DNA of 64,000 nt from Candidatus Cloacimonadota bacterium (GTDB lineage: Bacteria > Cloacimonadota > Cloacimonadia > Cloacimonadales > WRIO01), in the NCBI GenBank assembly GCA_009777575.1, contig WRLO01000002.1, forward strand, positions 28,386-92,385, written 5' to 3'. Within the stretch, counting starts at the first letter, position 1. Each line of letters starts with the position of its first letter. This document shows, one piece after another, positions 39,247 to 47,567 of this stretch. Made by a program: the position numbers and the translations under genes. The notes beneath the pieces are model-generated. The model made no database searches. It worked only from the letters and a program-made list of their open reading frames with translations, and was not told where the DNA came from.

Positions 39247-39396
39247 CTATTTTATCTTAAAATCAAAAATTAATTGCTTGGGTTTTGCACGAAACTTAGG
39301 GCAAGAAACTAATATCAAAGCCTTTGTCTGTTTGCAGTTACGCATACATCTAACACACAATTTGTTGATGTCGCTATCTAGTTTTTTCGGTTTCAT
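39247..39396 (-). CDS. 49-aa Cys-rich microprotein (not in the ORF track)
   Basis: MKPKKLDSDINKLCVRCMRNCKQTKALILVSCPKFRAKPKQLIFDFKIK; co-directional and ends 7 nt before the rsmD start. Confidence 0.6.
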   Translation of the reverse strand: MKPKKLDSDINKLCVRCMRNCKQTKALILVSCPKFRAKPKQLIFDFKIK

Positions 39397-39564
39397 AATA
39401 TCAATCCATTAATTCATTATTTATTTCGACTAATACTCACATCACAAAATCACCACACAATTCCTTTTTGTATTTATATTAAAGTATATTTTTCTTAGAT
39501 GAATATAAAGTTTATTATGATTTTTCTGACTTTCTTTGTTCAGGAGGGATAAAATCTTCACCTA

Positions 39565-40347
39565 TCATAATTTAAACAACCTTTGAAAAAAATTTTTTTT
39601 CAAAGGAATTTGTTGTTTATGATTATAAAAATGTGGTAAATCTTCATTATTGAGCATTTTTTGAGGATATTCAACTCCTAGTAAATCAGCAGTCTTATCA
39701 CCAAATATTTTTCTCAGGACATCTATAGCTTCTGGAAAATCATAAACTCCATTTTGGCAATGACAATCTGTTCCTAAAAAATGAGCATATCCTCTATCTA
39801 TCAGCTCAAAAGACACATCTTTAACTCGATTTCCATATAATCCCAAGAGGCTTCCAGTGTTTATTTGTAAATATACATCCCTGTGCATGAATTCTTCTGC
39901 TAATAGCGGTTTTTCTTTTATTTCGACATATCTTTCTGGGTGAGCGAGAATCGGTTTAAAGCCCAGTTTGCCTAATTTATATAAATTTTCATATAAATCA
40001 TATGAAAAACCTGTCAAACTGTTTTCCACTAAAACATACCTAGAACCATTGATCATAAAGGAATTAATTTGAATATCATCAATAGATTCATTACCAACAA
40101 GGTATATTTCTGCAGCACAATAAGTATTTAAGATATACCCTTTTCTTTCAATTATTTGTCTTGTTCTTTGATAGACATCTAGAATTTTATCTTTTGTATT
40201 GTTATAAAATCCTCTCATATAATGAGGCGTGAATACTATTCCTTCCATTTTTGCCTCAACTACTCTGTCTATATAAAAAGCAGTCACATCTTCATGTGGA
40301 GAACCATCATCAAGACCGGGTAAAATGTGATTGTGGATGTCAATCAT
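39565..40347 (-). CDS. PHP-family tyrosine-protein phosphatase (CpsB/CapC-like)
   Basis: MIDIHNHILPGLDDG, TPH, AHPERY and GTDCH motifs. Confidence 0.9.
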   Translation of the reverse strand: MIDIHNHILPGLDDGSPHEDVTAFYIDRVVEAKMEGIVFTPHYMRGFYNNTKDKILDVYQRTRQIIERKGYILNTYCAAEIYLVGNESIDDIQINSFMINGSRYVLVENSLTGFSYDLYENLYKLGKLGFKPILAHPERYVEIKEKPLLAEEFMHRDVYLQINTGSLLGLYGNRVKDVSFELIDRGYAHFLGTDCHCQNGVYDFPEAIDVLRKIFGDKTADLLGVEYPQKMLNNEDLPHFYNHKQQIPLKKNFFQRLFKL

Positions 40348-40422
40348 AATAAAACAATAAATACTCCCTTATTTTAAGTTTTATAACTCTATTTTAATTA
40401 TAATACGAAAAATATTTATCCT

Positions 40423-41172
40423 CTACTTTTTTTTGTGAATTGCATCTGCAAATTCTTTTATTATCAGAGGATTATCAATATTTTCCAAAGCAGTTCCTAC
40501 AACGATAATATCAGCTCCCGCAGTTGCTTTTTCATAAGCAAGTTCTGGGGTTCTTATTCCACCGCCTACAATCAAAGGCACATCAATATGTTCTTTTACC
40601 GCTTTTATCATTTCGTCTGGAACTTGGAGAACAGCACCACTACCAGCTTCGAGGTAAATTAATTTTTGACCCATATATTGAGCTGCTAGAGAATGAGCTA
40701 CTGCTATATCGCTTTTTAACCTTGGAATTGGAAAACTATGACTCATATATTGAACAGAGGATAAAGATCCTGATTCAATCAATAAATAAGCAGTAGGAAT
40801 GACTTCAAGCTTTGAGTGATAAACTAAAGGAGCAGACCTAACTTGTTCATTGATTAAAACTTGAGGGTTTCTGCTGCTCAACATATTGAGCATAAGCAAA
40901 GCATCTGCATGAGGACAGACAAAATTGAAAATGCCGGGGAAAATTATCAAGGGAATGTTTACCTGTTTTTTTATCTCCTTGATAGTATCAGAAAACCAAT
41001 TATTCATCATCATGCTACCTCCTATAAGGATAGCATCTGCACCGTTTTCAGCATATAGCTGAGCGACCTCAATAGATTGATTTATTTCCAATTTATCAGG
41101 GTCTATCAAACATAAAAAAGCTGATTTATCTCGAATTGTATCGAGTAAATACTTAAATGTTGTGTCTTTCAT
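40423..41172 (-). CDS. Geranylgeranylglyceryl phosphate synthase (group II GGGPS)
   Basis: LIDPDK, GGS, FPG, SSRN, AYLLIESG, YLEAGSGA, VGGGIR and VVGT motifs of the GGGPS/PcrB TIM barrel. Confidence 0.92.
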   Translation of the reverse strand: MKDTTFKYLLDTIRDKSAFLCLIDPDKLEINQSIEVAQLYAENGADAILIGGSMMMNNWFSDTIKEIKKQVNIPLIIFPGIFNFVCPHADALLMLNMLSSRNPQVLINEQVRSAPLVYHSKLEVIPTAYLLIESGSLSSVQYMSHSFPIPRLKSDIAVAHSLAAQYMGQKLIYLEAGSGAVLQVPDEMIKAVKEHIDVPLIVGGGIRTPELAYEKATAGADIIVVGTALENIDNPLIIKEFADAIHKKK

Positions 41173-41179
41173 TTGTCTC

Positions 41180-42088
41180 CTAAAACCTTAAATTAATTAT
41201 ATCGTTTGATATAAATGATATAACAATCAAAAGCATGTTTAACTTCATTATTTTTTGTGTGATTCTGACAATCTTCATATTATTATTATCTAAATTTGCT
41301 TGATTCATGTGCTTAGATTTACACAAAACTATAATCATAACAAAAACTGGGAGGGTTATGACTAAATGTAAAGCATACCACAAAAAATCATTAACATGAT
41401 AAAAATAATAGATATTTGCGACTAAAATCATTGCTGGTAACCATAACAATCTAGCGGTGTTTAATTTTCCCAAAACAACTGCTATTGACCTGACATTTCC
41501 AATCATATCGCCTTCATAATCTTCTATAGTTTTTACCCATTCTCTCATGATGGTGTAAATAAATGAAAAACAGACGATAGGCATTATATTTTGAATATTT
41601 GAATTTATCAAAGCACCATATATGAATGTCGAACAAGCGTTCCATGCAACGATAATATTTCCTAATAAAAAAGTTTTTTTGAAAATTCTCGCATAACAAT
41701 AAAGACTGATAGAGTTCACCAAAGCAATGATGATACAGTAGATATTTCTTGTCCAGAAAGCAAAAATAAAGCCTATAATGAAAAGAAAGAAACAATATTT
41801 TTTTGCCTGTAATAAAGACATTAAACCCTTTGGCAATGTTCTATCCGGTTTGTTCTTTTTGTCAATTTCAAAATCAAAAAAATCATTGACCACATACCCA
41901 CCAGCTGCGATAAGAAATGTAGAAATACAAGCAAATATAATGGACAATGGAAATTGGAAAATGGGGAATGACTGATAAGAAAACTGGGGATTATTTAAAT
42001 ACCAAAACCCTATAAATGTTGTAAGCATAGCAAACAAGCAGTTTAAAGGTCTGATAATTTTTAAATAAGCAATGATTTTCATTAGCAT
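41180..42088 (-). CDS. UbiA-family prenyltransferase, probable DGGGP synthase
   Basis: IIRPLN, NDFFDFEIDKKNKPDRTLPKG, FKK..LGN and REWVKTIEDYEGD motifs; multiple TM segments; directly upstream of GGGPS. Confidence 0.82.
   Translation of the reverse strand: MLMKIIAYLKIIRPLNCLFAMLTTFIGFWYLNNPQFSYQSFPIFQFPLSIIFACISTFLIAAGGYVVNDFFDFEIDKKNKPDRTLPKGLMSLLQAKKYCFFLFIIGFIFAFWTRNIYCIIIALVNSISLYCYARIFKKTFLLGNIIVAWNACSTFIYGALINSNIQNIMPIVCFSFIYTIMREWVKTIEDYEGDMIGNVRSIAVVLGKLNTARLLWLPAMILVANIYYFYHVNDFLWYALHLVITLPVFVMIIVLCKSKHMNQANLDNNNMKIVRITQKIMKLNMLLIVISFISNDIINLRF
41939..41973. repeat. Five degenerate heptamers inside the DGGGP synthase CDS
   Basis: AATGGAC AATGGAA ATTGGAA AATGGGG AATGACT; encodes part of QSFPIFQFPLSI on the minus strand. 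Confidence 0.65.
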
Positions 42089-42113
42089 AATTTTTTTGTC
42101 CTATTTTATTTTA

Positions 42114-42187
42114 TCCCCCCCCTGCCCCCCCCATAAATGAGCGGGGAAATCCTCCCCCAACATTTATGGGGGGGGAGCAGGGGGGGA
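42114..42187. repeat. GC-rich long inverted repeat between the polyprenyl synthase and UbiA genes
   Basis: C8-TG-C8-ATAAATG ... CATTTAT-G8-AGCA-G7. Confidence 0.8.
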
Positions 42188-42212
42188 GTTTATAGACATG
42201 TATTTTCCTATA

Positions 42213-43100
42213 TCATGGTAACCTATCTTTGACCATATTGACAAATTCAAGAAGATTTTCATTATTTTTCATATTTTTTACTAGTTTATATGAATCATCA
42301 AGCAATTTATCCGCCATTTTTCTTGCCTTATCTAGTCCCATGATGGTAGGATATGTAGTTTTATTGTTTTTAACATCCTCAAAAGGATCTTTTCCTAGGG
42401 TCTCAAAATCTCCTACATCATCCAGAATATCATCAATTATCTGATAAGCATGTCCTAAATTCATAGCGTAAGTTGACAATGTCTGAGTGAGTGTATAGTC
42501 TGCATCGGCACAGGCACAAGCCATTCGGATAGCTGCATCCAATAATGAACCTGTCTTTTTGGAATGCACATATCTTAATATGTTTAATTGTAAGACTTGC
42601 TTATCTGATGATAAAACATCAACGGTCTGCCCTCCTATCATACCTCTTGTTGAGACGGCGTTACACATTAATTGAACCAAATATAATGCTACTTCTTTGT
42701 TTTCATAAAGAGTCAGCATTTCAAAAGCTTTTGTCAATAATGAGTCACCTGCTAAGATTGCAGTCGCTGGGTCAAATTTTACATGACAACTTGGTTGCCC
42801 TCTTCTTTCGTTTGAATCGTCAAGAGCTGGTAAATCATCATGTATCAATGAGGCTGTATGAACCATTTCCAAAGCAGCGGCCACCGGGAGCAATGGTTTT
42901 ATCTTTTCTAAATCATTTGATAGCTTAATCATTTCATAAGTCGCAAAAAACAAGACAGGTCTAAGTCTTTTGCCACCACTAAAAACAGAATAATTTATCG
43001 CCTGATAAAGCCTTTCAGGTTCAAGGTCTTCGTAATTTAGATATTGCTTGAGCGCTTCATCCAAAAATTTTGTTCGAGTGTTAAAATATGATTTTAACAT
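42213..43100 (-). CDS. Polyprenyl diphosphate synthase, probable GGPP synthase
   Basis: GGKRLRP, HTASLIHDDLPALDD (FARM with small Ala at -5), GQ, KTG and YQIIDDILD (SARM) motifs. Confidence 0.88.
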   Translation of the reverse strand: MLKSYFNTRTKFLDEALKQYLNYEDLEPERLYQAINYSVFSGGKRLRPVLFFATYEMIKLSNDLEKIKPLLPVAAALEMVHTASLIHDDLPALDDSNERRGQPSCHVKFDPATAILAGDSLLTKAFEMLTLYENKEVALYLVQLMCNAVSTRGMIGGQTVDVLSSDKQVLQLNILRYVHSKKTGSLLDAAIRMACACADADYTLTQTLSTYAMNLGHAYQIIDDILDDVGDFETLGKDPFEDVKNNKTTYPTIMGLDKARKMADKLLDDSYKLVKNMKNNENLLEFVNMVKDRLP

Positions 43101-43130
43101 AAAATAAAGTTCCTTTTATCTTTAAGTATT

Positions 43131-44087
43131 TTAAACTACTCCAGATTTAATCAAATCGTGCATATGTAAGAGACCAACTGGCTCGTCTTTTTCATTTACA
43201 ATGGGTAGCATTGTGATTTTATATTTTTCCATTAGATTTAAGGCTTCTACTGCCAATTCTTCTGGATGCATTCTCTTGGGGTTGACTGTCATTACACTTA
43301 ATACAGAAACCTTTAAACTGATATTTCCTTGCGATAAAAATCTTCTCAGGTCTCCATCTGTAATTATTCCTATCAATTTATTGTCTTGAGAAACTATATT
43401 TGTGCAACCAAGTCCTTTTGATGTCATTTCTATGATAGCCTCTTGCATATCAGAGGAATCTTTTGTGGTAGGGTTTTGCCGTCCTTTGTGCATTAGGTCT
43501 GATATTTTTAAAAGAAGTTTTTTTCCTATTACTCCACCGGGATGATATTGTGCGAAATCATCTATTTTAAAACCTTTTTGGGTTAATACTGACACCGCTA
43601 AAGCATCTCCAATTGCCAACTGAACTGTAGTACTTGCTGTTGGAACCAGTCCGAAAGGTTCTATGTCTTTTTCTATGGAAGAGTCTATCACATAATCGGA
43701 GTTTTTAGCTAAGATTGACTCAGTATTTCCAGTGATTGAGATTAGAGGGATTTTGTGAAATTTAATAAATGGTATGATAGAAACCAATTCCTGAGTATTT
43801 CCACTTTGAGAAAAAGCAAGCACTACATCACTTTTTTGAAGCATTCCTAAATCTCCATGAATACCCTCAGCTGGATGTAAATAAATTGAAGTTGTTCCAG
43901 TAGAAGCAAAAGTTGCTGAGACCTTGCGTGCTATTATACCTGATTTTCCCATGCCTGTCGTTACTAACTTGCCTTTGCATTTAAATATAAATGAAATAGC
44001 TTTTTCTATATCCTTTGTTATTTTAGCTGATGCTTTTTTGATTGCTTCAGAACTGGAAAGCATCTCTTTTTGGATGATAGTTTTCAT
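43131..44087 (-). CDS. kdsD: Arabinose-5-phosphate isomerase (KpsF/GutQ family, SIS plus CBS domains)
   Basis: TGMGKSG, HPAEGIHGDLG, PTASTT, HPGG and ITDGDLRR motifs. Confidence 0.92.
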   Translation of the reverse strand: MKTIIQKEMLSSSEAIKKASAKITKDIEKAISFIFKCKGKLVTTGMGKSGIIARKVSATFASTGTTSIYLHPAEGIHGDLGMLQKSDVVLAFSQSGNTQELVSIIPFIKFHKIPLISITGNTESILAKNSDYVIDSSIEKDIEPFGLVPTASTTVQLAIGDALAVSVLTQKGFKIDDFAQYHPGGVIGKKLLLKISDLMHKGRQNPTTKDSSDMQEAIIEMTSKGLGCTNIVSQDNKLIGIITDGDLRRFLSQGNISLKVSVLSVMTVNPKRMHPEELAVEALNLMEKYKITMLPIVNEKDEPVGLLHMHDLIKSGVV

Positions 44088-44176
44088 TCTTCCTCTTCAA
44101 TTTCGTGCATTTTATCTACTTGCGATAGTAACGGTTGTATATTTTGATTTTTACTCATTCTTAGTTAATGCTCACT

Positions 44177-46144
44177 TCATGTTACATTGTTTGGTTTTAT
44201 CATTGAGATTACTTCTTCGATGTCGCATGACCCCAAATCTCCTTGTTTATGTCTCCTCACTGACAATGATTTTGTTTTTATCTCTTTTTCTCCAACGACC
44301 AAGATAAATGGTATCTTACTCATTTCAGCTTCTCTGATTTTATAGCCAATTTTTTCGCTACGAATATCGATATTGACTCGGATATTTTTTTCAAGGAATA
44401 AATTGTAGACTTCGTTTGCATAGTCTATTGAATTATCTGAAACTGTCAACAAAATAGCCTGCACAGGTGCTAACCATACAGGGAAATTGCCTCCATAAAA
44501 TTCAATCAAAGTGCCAAAGAACCTCTCTAAAGAACCAAGTAACGCTCGATGTATCATCAATGGTCGATGTGGTTGATTATCGCTGCCCACATACTCCATA
44601 TTGAAACGAGATGTTAAATTGAAATCAAACTGTATAGTGCTACATTGCCATGCTCGATCTAGAGCATCTTTGATTTTGATGTCAATCTTCGGACCATAAA
44701 ATGCACCGCCACCTTCATCAATTTCATATATCAAATTGAGTTTTTCAAGTGCTGATTTTAGCGATAAAGTCGCTTTGTCCCAGTCTTCAACCTCGCCGAC
44801 ATATTTTTCGGGGCGTGTTGAGAGGAAAATCTGAAAATTGATAAATCCAAAGTCTCTGAGCATCATGATAGAAAACTCTATAATTTTTTCAACTTCTTCC
44901 ATCATCTGTTCTGGAGTGCAGATTATATGAGCATCGTCCTGTGTAAAGCCACGCACACGCATCAATCCATGCAAAGTGCCAGACCTTTCATACCGATATA
45001 CTGTCCCCATCTCTGCATATTTGATAGGAAGCTCTCTATAACTCCGTTTTGTAGATTTATATATGTTTATATGGTAAGGACAGTTCATGGGTTTCAGGAA
45101 ATACTCCTGTTCGTCAACGAGTATAGGTGAATACATACTCTCTTGATAAAAACCTGTATGACCACTTGTATTCCACAAGTCGACCTTACCTATATGAGGA
45201 GTATATACGAGTTGATAGCCATTTTTAAGATGTTTTTCTTTCCAATAAGACTCTATGATATGTCTCATCAAAGCTCCTTTAGGATGCCATAAGATGAGAC
45301 CAGCTCCTATTTCGTCAGATACAGAAAATAAATCTAAATCCTTACCAAGCTTTCTATGGTCGCGTTTTTTTGCCTCTTCAAGCTTTTCTAAGTAATTTTC
45401 CAGCTCTTTGGCGGATGGGAAACTGATGCCGTAAATCCTTTTCAACATCTTGTTCTTTTCATCACCACGCCAATATGCTCCTGATGTTTTGAGAAGTTTG
45501 ACTGCTTTGACTTTAGTAGAGTTTCTCAGATGAGGTCCACGACATAAATCCGTAAACGTTCCATGAATATAATCTGACTCGCTGTCTTCATCACTGTGCG
45601 GATGTAAGGTATAGATTGATATTGTTTCATCCTCTGGAATCTCATTTAATAACTCTATTTTGTATATTTCTCCTTTTTTCTCAAATAAATCTATTGCCTC
45701 TTTTCGACTTAACTCTTGTCTTTCATAAACATAATTGCTTTTCGCAATTGCATAAATTTTTTCTTCTATCTGTAAAAGCTCATCCTCTGTAAACGATTCT
45801 TCTCTATCAAAATCATAATAAAAACCATTTTCAATCGCAGGGCCTATAGCGACTTTTACTTCTGGAAACAATTCTTTTACTGCCTGAGCCATCAAATGTG
45901 AAGTGCTATGCCAAAACACCTCTTTACCTTTTTCTGTATCGAATGTATGAAAAAACAACTGCGCATCCTCTGTTAATTTGATGTCTGGATCATACATTTT
46001 GCCATTGATTTCCGCTGCCACCACTCTTTCAGCAAATTTATTGCTGATAGACTTTGCTACTCCAAAAGCTGAAATGCCAGCATTAAAGGCTTTCACACTC
46101 TTGTCTGGAAATGTAATATTTATTTGCATTGTTTTGCCCTCCAT
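44177..46144 (-). CDS. thrS: Threonine--tRNA ligase
   Basis: TGS domain, HSTSH, DLCRGPH, RDHRKLG, KPMNCP, RVRGFTQDDAH and FYGPKID motifs. Confidence 0.98.
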   Translation of the reverse strand: MEGKTMQINITFPDKSVKAFNAGISAFGVAKSISNKFAERVVAAEINGKMYDPDIKLTEDAQLFFHTFDTEKGKEVFWHSTSHLMAQAVKELFPEVKVAIGPAIENGFYYDFDREESFTEDELLQIEEKIYAIAKSNYVYERQELSRKEAIDLFEKKGEIYKIELLNEIPEDETISIYTLHPHSDEDSESDYIHGTFTDLCRGPHLRNSTKVKAVKLLKTSGAYWRGDEKNKMLKRIYGISFPSAKELENYLEKLEEAKKRDHRKLGKDLDLFSVSDEIGAGLILWHPKGALMRHIIESYWKEKHLKNGYQLVYTPHIGKVDLWNTSGHTGFYQESMYSPILVDEQEYFLKPMNCPYHINIYKSTKRSYRELPIKYAEMGTVYRYERSGTLHGLMRVRGFTQDDAHIICTPEQMMEEVEKIIEFSIMMLRDFGFINFQIFLSTRPEKYVGEVEDWDKATLSLKSALEKLNLIYEIDEGGGAFYGPKIDIKIKDALDRAWQCSTIQFDFNLTSRFNMEYVGSDNQPHRPLMIHRALLGSLERFFGTLIEFYGGNFPVWLAPVQAILLTVSDNSIDYANEVYNLFLEKNIRVNIDIRSEKIGYKIREAEMSKIPFILVVGEKEIKTKSLSVRRHKQGDLGSCDIEEVISMIKPNNVT

Positions 46145-46238
46145 ATCCTCTTGTATAAAACATACTATTTATAATGAAATACATTGATAATCACAACTAA
46201 CTAATTAAATTTTTGATAATTTTTTCTCATTTTGTGTC

Positions 46239-46266
46239 AATATAAAAATAATGTCATTTCTGTCAA
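46239..46266 (-). promoter_or_regulatory. Candidate thrS promoter
   Basis: Minus strand TTGACA (46266-46261), 16 nt, TATATT (46244-46239). Confidence 0.5.
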
Positions 46267-46445
46267 TAATTTTTTCAAAATGTGAAATTTTATTTTTTCA
46301 ATACATTTTATAATTATACATAAAGTCTTTAATTAAAAACGGAAAAATAAACAACTTAAATAATTAAAGACTAGTAAAGCCAATATATTATTCTACATAA
46401 ATAATTTTTTATTTTTTCTTTCAAACATTGTCCAAAAACAATTCC

Positions 46446-46473
46446 TTGACAAAAAAAAGCAATTTATTATCTT
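46446..46473 (+). promoter_or_regulatory. Candidate coaX promoter
   Basis: TTGACA 46446-46451, 16 nt, TATCTT 46468-46473. Confidence 0.55.
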
Positions 46474-46479
46474 TGTATC

Positions 46480-47409
46480 ATGGAAAAAAATATATTTGTT
46501 ATAGACATTGGAAACACAAACATAGTTTGTGGGCTGTATGAAGGGGAAAACCTTTTAGGTTCTTGGCGTATAGAATCTGATAAAACGAAGATAGCAGAAG
46601 ATTATTATGTTTTGTTTACGGAAATGTTAAGTTCAATTTTTGATAATAATCATGCTGATAGTCAGAATTTTTCTTTGCTAAAACTGACAAGGGACAATAT
46701 TTTATGCGAACATATTGACTATTTCTCAATATCCTCTGTAGTGCCCGTTATAGGAAAAAAAATTGAAGAAATGTTAGATAAGTATTTTTTAAAACCTTAT
46801 ATTTTTGTAGATGGAAAGACAAAATTGGGAATAAAATACCTTGTAGATGATCCATCCTGTATCGGAGCTGATTTGATTGCAAATGCTTATGCAGCATGGC
46901 ATAAATATCAAACAAATTGTATAATCATAGATTTTGGAACAGCTACTACGATACAAATGATGGGTGCTGATGGAACATTTTATGGGACTTCAATATTACC
47001 TGGAATAGTGACTGCTACCAATGGTTTGCTTGACAAGGCTGCTCAATTATCGAGAGAAATATTTGATATAACATCATATTTTGAAATGGATAATGATAAA
47101 GAGCAGACAATAGATATTTCTCCAACAATCCCACTAAAAATAAAAGAAGAAAGTAAAAATAATCCTATTTTAGGAAAAAACACAAAAGAATCTTTAATTT
47201 CAGGTATAATCATGGGACATTGTCTTTCGGTAGAAGGTTTTATTAACATCATCAAAGAGGAATATATAGAACTTCAAAATATACAAACAATAATAACTGG
47301 AGGAATTGCAGACATGATGAAAAAACAATCTAAAATGATTGATATTTGCGATAAAAATCTTACTTTGGAGGGATTATTTTTGATAGCTAAAAAAATATTA
47401 GTAACATAA
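46480..47409 (+). CDS. coaX: Type III pantothenate kinase
   Basis: IDIGNTN, SSVVP, IGAD, IDFGTATT, ILPG and TGG motifs. Confidence 0.93.
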   Translation: MEKNIFVIDIGNTNIVCGLYEGENLLGSWRIESDKTKIAEDYYVLFTEMLSSIFDNNHADSQNFSLLKLTRDNILCEHIDYFSISSVVPVIGKKIEEMLDKYFLKPYIFVDGKTKLGIKYLVDDPSCIGADLIANAYAAWHKYQTNCIIIDFGTATTIQMMGADGTFYGTSILPGIVTATNGLLDKAAQLSREIFDITSYFEMDNDKEQTIDISPTIPLKIKEESKNNPILGKNTKESLISGIIMGHCLSVEGFINIIKEEYIELQNIQTIITGGIADMMKKQSKMIDICDKNLTLEGLFLIAKKILVT

Positions 47410-47567
47410 TAGCTATTGAGTGGTTATTAATATTCGTAGCTATCTCGACAATAAAAACTTAGTCGAAGCGAACAAAGGTCTTCGGGTGACGAAAATCCCC
47501 TAAAATTTGTAGAAATAGAAAAAATCTGCTACAGATGGGTGCTTTTTAGTTGTTCTAACGGTGAAAG

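Noticed and set aside
46145-46479. T-box or riboswitch leader for thrS
   Set aside because: The region is very AT-rich with no T-box motif or stable stems; only promoter-like hexamers are seen.
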